Positions 24,986 through 38,152 of a DNA stretch of 64,000 nucleotides are shown here, one piece after another. The first letter of the stretch is position 1; each line of letters opens with the position of its first letter. Where the stretch lies: NCBI GenBank assembly GCA_964036045.1, contig OZ038379.1, positions 19,592,001 to 19,656,000 of the forward strand, written 5' to 3'. Below the pieces are notes generated by a model. That model saw only the letters and a program-made list of their open reading frames with translations, ran no database searches and was not told where the DNA came from. Made by a program: the position numbers and the translations under genes. This DNA is from Eutreptiella sp. 'Long Island Sound 2002'. Its lineage: Eukaryota; Protista; Euglenida.

Positions 24986-26425
24986 GCGTACCAGTACCCA
25001 AAAAAAACATACGCACCCTCCCCACCCAAAGCCCTTGACGGGATCTAAGGCTTGGCAGGTTTTGGTCGTAAACATGGGAACCCCGTATTTCGGTACCAAA
25101 AACCACGTGGCCCACAAATTGGCCCTGCGCTGCACAAGATCTTGTGTGACAATCTTCACTGAATTGGCACACAGCACAATATACCATCCCATGGATCGAT
25201 GCAGCGCCGCTTATGCGTCGAGGTTGAACTGCCTCAGTGTCGTGCAGCGTCACCTGCAGCGGAGGAACGTATGCCAGGGGCCTTGATTGGCGACCCTCGG
25301 ACGAAATCCCAGAACCTCTTGCTGCATGAAGGGGGAGTGTCTGGGATGTCGTTCAAAAACGTGTGAGTGGCTCCAAGCCACCTCCCTTATCACAATGCGT
25401 GTGATGTGATTATGGCCACAACTTGTGGAGGTCGTAAGGCTGTGTGCGGCAGGAGCTCCCTCCATCTTCTATGACATATAATGTATACGCCAAGCAGCCA
25501 CGGAAGAATGGTGGACGGAGAGGTGTGGCAGGGGAATGTCAAATGCCAGATGGCCCCATTGGTGGGCTGTGTTGCTGTGTGGGCATTTGGTCCAGGCATT
25601 CGGCACCCGAAAATGCACGCCAGGACACGTGACAACACATGCCGACTCATGAGAGGTGCACGAAGGGCCGTACAATGAACTGCCGCAGGAAAGGCAAGCC
25701 GACAGGGATAACCATCTGGCACTCGAGATTCTACTGTAATCGTAAGCATCAGACTCCGGAACTTTCCAAAACCTTTTGGCTCAGGCTGTTTTGTGACAAT
25801 TGAGAGTACAGAGGGGAAGACTCCGGATGTACAGTCCAGAACCTTCTTCATAGTGCCTTGTTGCAACATACCACTGGTTTACATGGGCGCACACGGTGTG
25901 TATATTGGGGGGCTGTGATGTGTGGCAGTTATGATGCAGGAAAAGCCCGCCCAACAAAAAAAGCCGTCCCCCAAATCCAGGAAAACCACAGTTCACTCAC
26001 TGCACAGTCTCATAGGGTCGCAATAACGGACTCCAGCAGCGCAAGGGACGGCATTTTGAGGGTCTCTGAAGGCAGACCATTGGCCGGCCCTTAGCCCAAA
26101 ACACTGTACGATGCACACACGGTGCAAGCCCTCTCTCAGAGGGGGATGACTTGTGCCGTGCAGTCCTGTTGCTCTGGGAAGGCCGGATCATTTCTCCCCT
26201 CCACAAAAACACGCAGCCTGCCTCCAATAGCCCCAGTAGTGGCGCCCCGCACGCTGCATCAAGTGCTCCCCAAAAAGCACACAACCACAGAGCGGAGTGG
26301 GAAGGAGGCGGAAGACAAATCAAAACGCAAGCGGAACACACAGCAGGAGCCAGGACCACAATCAGACGAATCACAAATACTCATGCAAACGTGGCAGGGA
26401 GGAAGAGAGGGGCGGGGTACCGCAC

Positions 26426-26698
26426 TTGCAAGTTTTTATGGGCTGCTCCCCCGTCCGTCGCACCCAATGTACTGAGGCGATGCAGACCCAGTTGTGCCAT
26501 CTGCGAAGGTGCTGTTCGGCTGACGGCAAACAGTTCCATGGCATCGAGGGCTGTGCTGGACACTACGGCAGCGCACATGAGCAGCCCAACAGAGGCTACG
26601 ACAGCCCAGCGCTGTCTGCTGGCGTTGCAGCGGCGTGAAAGGCGTGTGGGCGGGATGGTACGGGGGACAGTGCAGTACTGGACATAGGGCGCTGCCAT
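26426..26698 (-). CDS. Plastid-targeted cold-shock-domain protein, exon 1 (signal peptide + transit peptide)
   Basis: ATG at 26698; hydrophobic WAVVASVGLLMCAAVVSSTAL followed by an S/T/A/R-rich stretch; donor CAA|GTGCGG in phase 0. Confidence 0.75.
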
Positions 26699-26725
26699 GA
26701 CGCCCACAGGCTGCCAAAAGACGAC
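26699..26725 (-). promoter_or_regulatory. Putative trans-splice acceptor of the CSD gene
   Basis: CGTCCGTCGTCTTTTGGCAG ends at 26711, 12 nt upstream of the ATG. Confidence 0.55.
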
Positions 26726-29626
26726 GGACGGCGATGCAAGAAAGGGGTACGATGACTGATGACTGCCTGTAGAGTGCACTTGCACGGCAGTTTGACGACC
26801 ATGGGCTCCTTGGAGAGGCACTTGCACCGCACACCACACATGAAACTTTAGACTATTTCACCGCGAAACAGCCCCGTTCCCCCAATGTATGAGAAGAACC
26901 CCGCACGCAGGCAAACAGCAAAACACAAAGACAGAGTGCCCAGCATTGACGGTCAGCGCTTCGTAATGTGTTCATGCAACTACTCCCGAGTTGTACACAC
27001 CCAAAAGGGGCTCCCACTCCCACAGGGCCCGCTGGTGACCCAAGTAACAGATACATGCAAATCTGTGGCCAAAACCCCTGGAAACCAGTGGCTGTCTGGG
27101 ATGCACCGTGCTTTCATCTCCCCGCCGCACGCGCCTAGTGCTCCCCTTATGGCTCGAGTTTGACCATCATTACAAACCGGAGGGTATGCAGTTGCAATGC
27201 TATGCTCGACCACAGCGGGCTTGAAGGGGGTTGCAGACAAGCCGACAGGGGTTGAAAGGTAGGTTGTTTTGCTGGAGCCTTCCACCCGCCCACCAGTGTG
27301 TGGGTTATCCCAAATCAAAGTCCTGACATGTGAGGGTATCTTCACGTCTGGCTGTTCGCCATGAACAATGCTGAGGCTGTGAACAAAAAAACACTTTTTG
27401 TTGGCTGCGAGCTGTGGACAGAGATGAGTATGTGCTTTTGGCTTGTATTTGTGTTTCTGGTGGACAGAAGTGGTTGGGAACTGATCAACATTTGGCAGAG
27501 GGCGACGCACTGTGCAAAGGGCAGGAAAACAAAAAGTCTGACACGCATTCAGGCAAGCACATGGTGTCCCGGGCAGGCATGGGGTCCGGCTAGGCTAGTG
27601 TCCCAAGGAACCGCGACGGAACTTTCTTTCAGCCATTGGCACCAGAAGGTGGTCGCTGGAGGGGACCAACTGACAAACAGCTGTCACGGTTGAAACGCGA
27701 CACCGATGCCAACTTTTTTGTTTTTAGGTCAAGGGTGTGGGTTAAATGGCAGAATATTCCGCAGCAAACTTTTGCAGTCAATGCTGGTTTGCGTTACATT
27801 GACAGACGCAGAGCAATGCAGCGGCAAGGCACACAAAGAAGATGGCAAAATACGGAGGTTCAACCACAATTGGCCACAGGAATGTGCCATTCGACTCGCA
27901 TGTGCCACTCCTGCACCGCTGTGTACAACAGTGTGAAGTGTTTGGAGCGTGATATATAGGACTGGAGACTAGGCTCCCAAATGCTGTGGAGTGTTGTGCC
28001 CCATCATGTCGGACATCCAGACGGGTTAAGAGGGGGGCATTCATGAACGCAGGCGGTCCTTGAAGCAGATCAGGCACAGTTTAGATGTCCAACTCACAAA
28101 GTTTGGAGGTACAAAGAACAGTGCTGGGACCACTGGCAAGCATGGCCACAGGTGTTTAACACCGGGGCTGACCCGCCACCACGATGTGGTGACACGAGAA
28201 GATGCAAGAGCCATGACCCTTGAGGCTGTGGAAGACCCTGCAGAGCGCCTGCAGAGCCCCAGTGGAACGCCTACATCAGCAAACTCTTAACCATTCGATA
28301 ACCCAACGACCGTTGCGGGGACACATTGTGTACACAGTAACAAGCACAGCAAACCAAACGGCTCGCCGCACCGAATATTGGGGGCTGTCTCAGACGACGC
28401 CATGTTGAGACGGGGAGACTTCGGATCGGGTGCCCTGCATTTCCAGGCATCTGACCCTCGGTGTTAGCTGCGATGGACGAAGGCCACTTGCAAGCCTGCC
28501 ACTGCAGCCATGCAAGAGGGCCGGTTCCTGCGGTGTGCGTGGTCATCCCCCCCCCCACTGCACGGGGCATTCTGCATAAGCACAGGGAATGCAGGACACA
28601 AAGGGGCATGATAATGTGCGCACAGCCAAACGCAACTCAACCGATCTCACTGGCGAAGTGGTTGAAGATTGGGGTGCAGCACCGGGGCCTACCAATCACC
28701 GTCGGTTGGCCATCGATGGCCATCACACAACCGCCTCCCCCTCACACCCTCTGGCAAAAGGGGAAAATGTCAAAGAAAACCAGCCCCTGAAGGACCGTGC
28801 TGACCGGAAAGGGAAACAGGCGGCCGTCGGACGGCCCGACCCTCGTGACCACTGTCTAGCCCGCAGCACAAACCTGACAGGAAATCCAGGGAATTAGGCC
28901 GGCGATGCAGTGGAGGGTCACTGCCATGCCAGGCACTGCAGCACCGGGGGCACAGACCGCAGACGCGCAGCACGTACCCCTCTCCCGACCGACCTCTGCC
29001 CCTACCCGCCCATGTCATGCAGATCCAAAACAGAGGTCCATAATACACAACGCCACTGCGTGACATGTTGTCCTGTCGGTGCACCGCGGGGGCCCTTGTC
29101 GCTGTCTTCGTCTTTCCGGACGCCATCAGGTCCACTTCGCCCTTGTCTGCGTGTTCTCCCTCTCACCGGGCCGCCTTCTCGGGCCAGACCAGCCCCCGTC
29201 ACCCTCCGTCCATCCGAGTGTAGCCCCGGCTCCGGTCTCCGCGTTGGTGGGACCAGGTGTGGTGTCCCGGAGTTTCCGCGCAGCGCCCATTATTGGGGTA
29301 ACTTCACGGGACCCAACCTCACAAGCGCCACACACCCCAAAGCTGCTCATAAACGTCACGAAGTAGCACACCATCGCTGTGCACACTGTCTTTGAGCATA
29401 GCCCTTGGGAGCACAGCCCTTGGGCTGACGACGTTTCAAACCCAAGGACCCCCGGCGGTCCGTACCCCTGTGCGGCCCCATTTGCCACCCCCCCCCCCCC
29501 TGACTCGATTGGAGGTGTTCCCTCAGACCTCGGCCACCTACAACCCTCAGACCGCCCGTTGTGAGAAGAACAAAAGAGACAGGCCAGACACAAACATGGG
29601 CACGGCCCAAGGGGACGCACGGCCCA

Positions 29627-29908
29627 TCAATAGACTTGCTCGTGCCACTTGCCGCTGCCCTTCAGGCCCTTCTGCACCTCCTCCCACTGCAGGCCCTGCT
29701 TGGCCGCCGCCTCCTGCAGCATCTCCGTGATGCCGGGCATCATGAACTTGGACCCGGAGCAGTACATGTGCGCGCCGTCCTGCAGGAGGGCAAAGATCTC
29801 ATCCGCGTCCTGCCGCATCTTGTCCTGCACGAACATCTTCTCCCCCGCCGGCGTCTGCTCCTCCTCGGAATACGCGGTGACCACCCGGAACTGGTCGGGG
29901 TACGTGGC
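29627..29908 (-). CDS. petH: Ferredoxin-NADP+ reductase-like protein, exon 2
   Basis: Acceptor TTGCGCAG|GCC. ATYPDQFR...KMFVQDK...AHMYCSGSKFMMPG...WHEQVY* aligns with the C-terminus of plant/algal FNR, including the terminal Tyr. Confidence 0.93.
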   Translation of the reverse strand, partial: ATYPDQFRVVTAYSEEEQTPAGEKMFVQDKMRQDADEIFALLQDGAHMYCSGSKFMMPGITEMLQEAAAKQGLQWEEVQKGLKGSGKWHEQVY

Positions 29909-31484
29909 CTGCGCAATGAAATCCCGAATGAGAAGGACCCCCTCCCCCTGTGCGCAAGCACGGCGGGACACGGGGTGAATGCCGCCACGGACCCACAGCA
30001 GCCACATCGAAGTACCGTCGACATACCACAGGTACTGAGAGGGCAGATGCTTTGGTGGAGGAAGGATGGATAAGTTCGAGCATTGGACATGTGTTGCCTT
30101 CCACTCCCACCCCCTCAACGAGCTCCAGCTCTGGTGATACCCCGCCCAGATAACCTCCCGCTATCGCCGCCTGCGGCCTCCGCCATTCCGGTCAGAAGAC
30201 TTTTGAGCCCCGGCCAAGCACAGGGAGACCTTCCTGGGCCCGCCTGTACACCCGCACAAGTCAATTCTGTTGAGTCACTTGCGGACATCGATCAGTCATC
30301 TAATTCACCTCCATCTCCCAGTGAGTATGAGCCAGGGCACAAAGTGGCGATATCTGCCCAGGACGCCTGGGTTTGTTTGTTGTTACGCCCACCCCACCAC
30401 GTGTGCGCAGACGTATCGACACGGCGAGTGCCGAAGTCAGTTCGCCAATGGGTTTTTCTGGGGGGGAGGGGGGGTGAAGGTCAATTCCATTTCAATCCCG
30501 CCCGCCCCCGATTCCCCTCTAACCGTTGTTGCATCCGCCAGAACTTGCCATGCAATCGCTTTTGCAGCGGCTGGTGTCCACTTTCAACGGCACTTTCATC
30601 TGTTGAGGACCCCCTTCAGCGGCTCTTCCCCTCAGGCGCACCCCTGCACCAGAGATCAAGAGGAACGCGCCAAAATGGTCATGAAGGGTATTCGATCCAC
30701 AGCACACTTCTGCCCCGCAGGGCGGCCAGCCTCAGACATGGCCACCGCCTCTTGCCTTAAGACAGCCCAAGGCATGGCGGTCTGACGGGGATCCCACGGT
30801 TGGAGAAGGCTACGCGGCCATAAAGCAATGCAGTCACAGCACAAACAGCGGAATTTAGGGCGGAAGAGTCGGCGCCTGTTGTTTCAAAGCGGCATTCCTC
30901 GGCCGCAGAGCAAGACAGTTCACTTGGCTTGCGCTGCAGTTCAGTTGAATTCCACAGACCGAGGAAGGCGAAGGGGGAGGGGAGAGGGGGGGTACTTTGT
31001 GAGGGGAGTGGGGGAAAGAAACATCACTTCTTGACTTTGACGGACGGCACTTTAGTGAAACGAACCACCGTAGAAAGGCATTGGGTGCCTCCAGTCGTGC
31101 TTCCTGAAAGACGCAGCATCTCCGGTGGTTCAACGCCCTTGGGCTTGGGGGTTGAACTTGATGGTGGATGTGTCTGATATGACCCGGCCCCCGGGTTTCA
31201 CCGCGGGGTCAACTTCCCAGAGGTCACTGCATTGTCCTCCCCTGAACACGGGGCGCCGCACAGGGCACTGCGCACAGGCCTCGGGCACTGCTGTCGGGTT
31301 GTGGTGCTGTGGTGCTTGGGGCCAGGCGTGCTTTGGGAGGGTTGGGGGGCTGTTGAGCTGCGGTGCCGTGGTTCTGTGAGGCTGCGTGCCCGGGCTTTCA
31401 AGCCGTGGGGCTCTGGGACTCCGATTCGCTGATGCACAGATGACCCAAGTCCCCCTGTTGGTGCGGGGCTTGTGGCCTACGCAC

Positions 31485-32603
31485 CTGCAAATCCGCCAGC
31501 TCTTGCGCGTAGAGCAATCCGTCGGCGTTGCCGTCCCCGAAATACAGCAGCACCCGGCCCTTGAACTGGTACCCCGGCACGTTCTCGTAGAACATGCGCC
31601 GCCAGAACGCCCGGTAAGGCGCGATGCCGGTGCCGGTGGCGACGCAGATGTGCACGGCGTCGGGGTCCTCGTCCAGTAGCATCGCCTTGCCAGCGGGCCC
31701 GGTCATCGTCAGGGTGGTGCCGGGCGTGGCCTCGCACAGGAAGTGCGAGCACAGCTCCTTCTTCATGCCCCCGATGGACGGGTCCCACCACGCGATCTTC
31801 TTGACGCACAGGCTCGTGGTCTGCCCGTCGCAGGTGTCCCCGTACCGCGAGGCCGCCACGGTGTACAGCCGGGCGTAGTGCGGCTTCTCGTTGCCGTCCT
31901 TGTCGACGTCCACCCCCGGGGGGATGACCCCGTAGCAGTGGCCCTCGCGGCACTGGACCTGCCCGGCGGTGTCCACGACGATGTGGTAGGTCTCCCCGAG
32001 GGCGTCGGGGCCCGTGATCTTCTCCACCGACCGCACGACCCCCTCGAAGGGCGTGTCTTTGGTGTAGGCGTTGAGCGGGGCCTCGCCCTCCTCCTGATCC
32101 AGGGGCACGTCCTCGCGCGTGATCTCCGTCCCGGTCACGGCGGCCATGCACAACGCCGATGGCGCCGCCGCGGACGCGCCGGTGGGGGCCCTCGTGGAGG
32201 GCTGCAGGTACCGCAGCCCCATCATCAGTACCCCCATGATCCCAAACATCGCGAGCGTGGGGCGGTAGACAGCGTGCGCCAAGGGGGTCTGGAAGATCCC
32301 GTTCCCAACTCTCAGCCTCGGGGCCTGTGCCGCCCCTGGGCCCTCGGTCCATTGATCGACGTACGCTTCTGTTCGCCTCTGGGCCGTCGCACCCCGCTGC
32401 CAGGGAGCGGGAGTGGCCACCGATGGCTTGGTGACGGTGGTGGCAGAGACGGCTGTGTACAGCGCGCTTGGACTGGCAGAGACCATGGACAACGACAGGA
32501 TGGCCGCAGCCGTCAGGCAGGCCGCACCCAGCACGGCCCACGGGCGAGGGTCAGGGCGTGCAGGGGGAGGCTGGGGGGCACCCAAAGTGTTGTACGAGGC
32601 CAT
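31485..32603 (-). CDS. petH: Ferredoxin-NADP+ reductase-like protein, exon 1 (with two-TM plastid presequence); divergent paralogue, 466 aa total
   Basis: PLN..SVEKITG..GETYHIV..YGVIPPG..RLY..SRYGD..SLCV..MTGPAG..CVATGTGIAPYR match plant-type FNR. Donor CAG|GTGCGT in phase 0. The presequence has two hydrophobic segments. Confidence 0.95.
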
Positions 32604-32632
32604 GGCTCACGGCAGGACTGAGCACACAACAA
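32604..32632 (-). promoter_or_regulatory. Putative trans-splice acceptor of the FNR-like gene
   Basis: TTGTTGTGTGCTCAG ends at 32618, 14 nt upstream of the ATG. Confidence 0.5.
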
Positions 32633-32934
32633 TGCACACGCATACACACAACAAAAAGGGAGTGTGCGTGTGCATATTTAGGAGCGTAGCCCTTGGCTTG
32701 AAGGGCACTTAGTCCCACCCCGTCCTTCCCCGAGGGTCGCGCGGCAGGTTGCCTTCGGCGCCGACAGAACAAGAGGCTCCACCGAGGGGGGCGGCCTGTT
32801 CGAATTCTATACCCCAACCGGGTGCGAAAACTTTTGGGGGTCTGGAGGGGGGGAAGGGGAGGGGGGGCGGGGGTAGGTGGGTCGGCCGGTCAGCCGCCAT
32901 GGTCCCTAGAAGGGGGGGGGTCAGTGGGTACCCC

Positions 32935-33310
32935 AACATACATACCTCAAAATGATCCCCATGACACGCTGATCATTTTGAACATACACAAATGGGGTAA
33001 AAAAAATTTTCAGAAAACATTTGCCCATTAGCTCAGGCTCCCATCAGCCAAGGTCAGACCCGGAGGTCAGGTCAGGGGTAAAAAATTTTCTGTGTTTTTC
33101 AAACATTTTTGAATCCTCCACAAAATTCTGAGTATTTTGAGTATAGACACGTAGGGTGAAAAACAAAAATACCCCCTCAGGAAGGGCAAAAAAAAAAAAT
33201 TCAGCGCCTTCGGCACCAACCCTTTCCCCCAAAATCTCAAATTGGAGAAAGACGGGTTCGAAAATTTTTGGGGGATCTGGAGGGGGGGGGGGGTCAGGAA
33301 TTCGAACAGG
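32935..33310. repeat. Dispersed repeat (MITE-like)
   Basis: The CTCAAAATGAT...ATCATTTTGA hairpin is shared with ~21165-21205. The CACAAAA..CTGAG...GTATAGACAC block is shared with ~13715-13830. Confidence 0.65.
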
Positions 33311-34297
33311 CCCCTTGGGCTCCACGGCTGACTCGGGTCATGTTTGCTCAGTGGTAGCCTGGCCATGCCCCGTGCGTTCACGTGGCTGCTGCCGGTTGGG
33401 TGCACACGCATGCACCCTCGTGTATGCACAGCTGTGGGGGGCGGGGGTTGAGGGAGACTCTTCATATGGGATCACAGGTCATGCAGTGTCTGGCAGCACA
33501 GCCGCCAGAGGGTGCAGGTCCCTGGATGTGGCCTCCGTCCCTGCATGTCCCTGATGCGCCTCTGCCCCCCCCGATGTGGTCATCCTCCGTTTCCGCCTGA
33601 GCAGTTGCTCAGGCCATTCCAGGCCCGCCTCTGATGCAGTACACTTCTGTCCACTTCTGAGTGCCTCCTGAGGTCCTGCTGCGGCGAAGGCCCACGTCTG
33701 CTGCGCTTGGCTGCCAGTGTGTGCCGGTGCGTCCTTCGGCTAGCCAGCCGGGGGCGCATCTTGATGTGCATTATGAGGGTCGCTTATGCATGGCCGGTGT
33801 GGGCCCTTGAGCAGCAGTGCCCGACTCCCCACCCCACTGCTGCGCATCATGCTGAAGGGGTGCACAAAGCGCCATGGGCGGGGGGATGCTTGTGGGCTTA
33901 CAATGGGGCTTGTGTTTATTCTCTGCCTCCACGTAGTACAAATGGTGTAGCAAAATTTTAGCAGGCATCTATAACCACACCTTATGATTCAACCAACAGC
34001 TGCCGACAAGGAAACTTTTTTGCCCTGCCCATTGGCTCTCGGCCATAAGCCAGGCTACAAGCCTTTGGAAATTACCAAATACAGCTGAAGCCTCCATGCT
34101 CCATTGCACCACCATAATCTGGACTGCCATCAGGATACAATTGTAGCATTTGTGCTCATATGCTATGAGGAAACGCATCAGGCCAGCCAAGTTTTGTCTA
34201 CCTCCCTGGCCTGCCGGTGGGGGGGAATATTCTGTGGCTAGGAAAATCTGAACCTTCAAATTCTGGCGTGAGAAAACCCATGCCATTTGTTAACAAT

Positions 34298-34603
34298 GGG
34301 AGCGTTTTCGCACAGCGCGCGCGCAGCGCCAATTATTACGTTGTTTATCCCGGGAGCACCCCTGAAAACCACCCACCTACAGGAGCGTGCATGATCCATT
34401 CAAAACAGCATCGGGGGTGCAGAATTCAGGACCCTGGGACCCGTGGCAAGCATCAGACTAAAACAAAAAATCCCTGGTGTACCAGCAGGGCTGTAGGGTG
34501 CAGAATTCAGGACGCTGGAACCCGCGGCCACCGGTGGTGCAAAACAGCCGACTTTTCGCACAGCGCGGGCACAGTGCGTGCACAGCGCACGGTGCGCCCC
34601 CCA
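34298..34603. repeat. ~290-bp dispersed element, copy 2
   Basis: Near-identical to 4195-4492. Confidence 0.85.
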
Positions 34604-37600
34604 TGAAAGCGAACAAATTACACAGCGTTGGCAAAAGCTGCTTATGAGAAACAGTGGACGGTTGCTGTTATGTCCTGGTGGACTCTGGATGGTTGCTGTT
34701 ATTTCCTTTTGTGCTGCAGCATGCGCAACAAGAGCAGCATGAGCAGCCTTCAAATTAGTTTGTATAAGGCACAGCTGAAGGAGGACATACGCTCCCAAAA
34801 ACACAAAACACACTGCTCATGATGATCAGACGAACAGCAGCCATGTGTGGACAGCACAAGGAGCATGCAGACATCAGTACCCCACCACCCACCCACCCAC
34901 CCAACGTTGTCCAAACAACAGTTCGGGCCCAAAAAGTTGCAGAAACAATGCCTCACGTTGTTCAGACAAGGGGGATTATTTATAAAAGGCAAAGAAGGAC
35001 ATGGTTCCAAAAGTTGCGGGAACAACACCTCACATTGTTTGGACAATGGCGTTGTTTGGCCAAACAATACCTGAAAAGACGCACTGTGAGCGAACGGTGC
35101 GTGCGCGGTTCAAGCAACTCCCCCTTATGGGACGCTGCTGCATGATATCTGCAACACTGGGAAGAAGTGATACGAGTGGATCACGAAAGAACCCTGCTGG
35201 AGGTGCATCGAAGGCATGGAAGGAAAAAATTGGCCCAAACGAAAAAAGGTTCCCAGAACCCTGATTCTTTCGTGATTTAGAGCAATGGGGGAGCGGGGGA
35301 GGGGGTCCAGGGGCCATGAAGCAATGGGTACTCAGCTACTAAACGCCCCCGTGTCACAACGGGTCCAGGAAAGGGGGGGGGCGGCGAAATGAAAACTAAA
35401 GCAACACCCTGGGAAGGGGACCTGAGAATTTATGTAGCATTGTGGCATGGCATCCACATTGAAAATTCATGTGTTTTGCGTGGTTCAACTTCACCAATCT
35501 AGCATCACACTCCTTGTCTCGTAAGGCAGTCACCCAATCTTCCGGAACATTCTTTGGCCTCCTCTTTCCTGGCTGCACGTTGTTGTTTTTTTTTACCATC
35601 CTCATACCTGTGCCAGCAGCTACCCATGGGCAGCACACTTTTTGTCATGGCCAGCCCACGTAGCATACACTATGATGTGTGTCATCCAAGTTGTGCCCAC
35701 CAGGCAGCACAAAAGAACCCAATTGCTCCCGTACAGTCAATATTTCCCATACAGTGCAGCCATCCATCATGATGGGTTTCACTAATTTGGGTTTCTTGAA
35801 TTTAAGGCTAGCAGGAGGAGCACTCAAAAGTTGTAGGCCCACAACAAATGAAAAAAAGTGTGACCATCATCGGGATTCATTGGAGGAACATCTTATTCAT
35901 GCCTAATGGATGAGGGGATATGTCCCCTGGTCTGTAAGGCTGATAGACCTTTTGCCTACGTGTGTGAAACGTAAAAGCAAGTGATGCTCAACAAGACAGA
36001 TGGCAAATGATCCTACTTGCGAACATGCGTGCAAGAAGATTACGCTCTCCTAGCGTGCACCATTGTACAGAACGTCTGCACAGCGCGCCATGCTGCCCCT
36101 CCCCCCCCCCCGAAGTCTCCATGCACAATTCATCACAAAACGCGAAATCGTTGCTTTGTATTGAGCAGCAAAAAAAATCAATGGCCTAAGCAGCAGCAAC
36201 TGCCAACACGCACAAAGACATCTTGGAAAAAACAACGGCCGTTCATCTGCGCGGTGCTCGGATTAGTGGTTTGGCGGCAAAAATACACAATACCATCAGA
36301 TACCTGCAGACCATCGCGAAGGGGTGGTCCACCTGTGTATCTACACATTGTCTGCTTTGGAATCCATGATTTGTGCCTGTTTTGCTTTTTGCGTCTGGTA
36401 CGTGCTGTGTCTCGGCAAGATTTCGCATCAGAAGTCAGGAGAGACAGTGCGGGACAGTAGCAGGAGACTCACCGCACATGTACAATATCCGACATCTTTT
36501 TTGTAAAAAAACATCAGGCCTGTGCTGAGTAGTAGTAAAGCGCTCGGGCTGACTGCCCGGTCTCTACACTAGTGCTGCAGGGCACAGTGCAGTCAAATGA
36601 TTAATCGTGTGCCCTGTGGGGAGAACTTGGATCTGTGCCTGCAGGTTACTCTGGTGCATGGTAGTGCAGTGGGTGCATGGTAGTGCACATGTACAATATC
36701 CGACATCTGCCTGTGCATTTATCTGAGTACCCCCGTTGAACAATCCCCCCAGAGCGTATGACGGTGTTCCCCACACCACGGGTACCTGGCACCAAATGAC
36801 AGTTTACCGCCCCCCCCAGGTGGGTGAGGCACCGTACGCCAGGACCCACCTGATCTTCCACTACAACTACATTGTAACAAGAGGAACTTTCTCTTCGACC
36901 CATGAACTTTGGGGCAGTTCCAGGGGTTGAGGGGTGGGGGTAATGGACAATCGAAAAATATCACTTCCAATCAGGCAGGAACAGCAAAATTGATTGGAAG
37001 TGCAAATCATGGCACAAGTGAGACTCAGGGACGCCCCTACTTTGCAAGTTGAAGAGGGAGGTACGGATAAAGGCGCAGTGACTGCGGAAAGATGCAATCG
37101 CTCGCCTAGGTTTAATCAACAGGCGGGCGACACCCAAAAAAACCCACCAAGCCACACGAGTTGACACAACACTGCACAACCACAGCTGCACGCAACCGTA
37201 CCCAACCACACATAGGGATCCCCCCCCTCGCTCACTCCCTCGCTCACTCCCTCACTCACCCACTCGCTCAGTCACTCACTGACTCACTCACTGACTCGCT
37301 CGCTCGATCACTCACAAACACAGGCATGTCAGTCAGCTGGCTTGAGTTACCAAATCAGTACCTCCAACCGGAATGGCCCAGTGGGACCGTACAGGGCAAC
37401 AGCAAAAGAAGTCCAGGGACAAGGGCCGCCCCACGATCTAGGCTCTAGGACTAGCCCCAGCCCATGGCAGGGGTCAAAGACAGTATGGGACCACATAGGT
37501 TCACAGGGGGCAGCTGGGTAGGGACTGGACAACCGTCCAACGCCAGCACAATACCCATAGGCTTCAGAAGGGCAATACCGCCCCACCGTTCTTTATGAGG

Positions 37601-38152
37601 CCAACCCGACTTCCCCTCAAGAGGGGGGAGGTAGGCACGACCGGCACCCAAGCAGTGTGGAAAGAGGAAAGTTCGTGCCATTCGCATGTCCTTCCTACGC
37701 CTTGTATGCAAGGGGAATGGCCTAGGGTACTAGATCATGGAGTGCTTTGCTAATCCGCCTTGCATGGCCTAGGGGGAATGTTTGCCCGGCGCGCGCCCGG
37801 CGCGCTACTTTTCTATTAAGTATCCCGACTTCAGCCCCATATGTACCCTCTCATGGAGAAGCCCCCCAAGTAGACCATATTGCACTGCACACCTTCCCTA
37901 CAAAGCATGTTGCATAATAAAGCAATATCTGTGAATTCAGCAACTCCAACCGTCATTTGTGTTGTACTTAACAAACAACATTGGTCCCACAAGTGTGGGT
38001 GTCAATACACTCCGTACAATAGTGCTCCTTACACTCATCACAAACTGCGACGGTGGAGCGCCTTTGGCAACACAACACACACACTTCTGCCCCATCCTCT
38101 GCCTCATCTTGCGTGGCGGCCGAGTTGCTTTGGTCAGTCCAAACATGAGGCG

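Noticed and set aside
25059-25085. VLVVNMGTP, resembling the ferrochelatase N-terminal motif
   Set aside because: Isolated 9-mer on the opposite strand of an intron, with no further similarity.
31398-31484. VRRPQAPHQ... continuation of the FNR ORF
   Set aside because: Read-through into the intron. FNR homology resumes at 29908 after a GT-AG splice.
33653-33666. ACTTCTGAGTGCCT, a partial spliced-leader look-alike
   Set aside because: Too short, mismatched and lacks the CTATTTTT tail.
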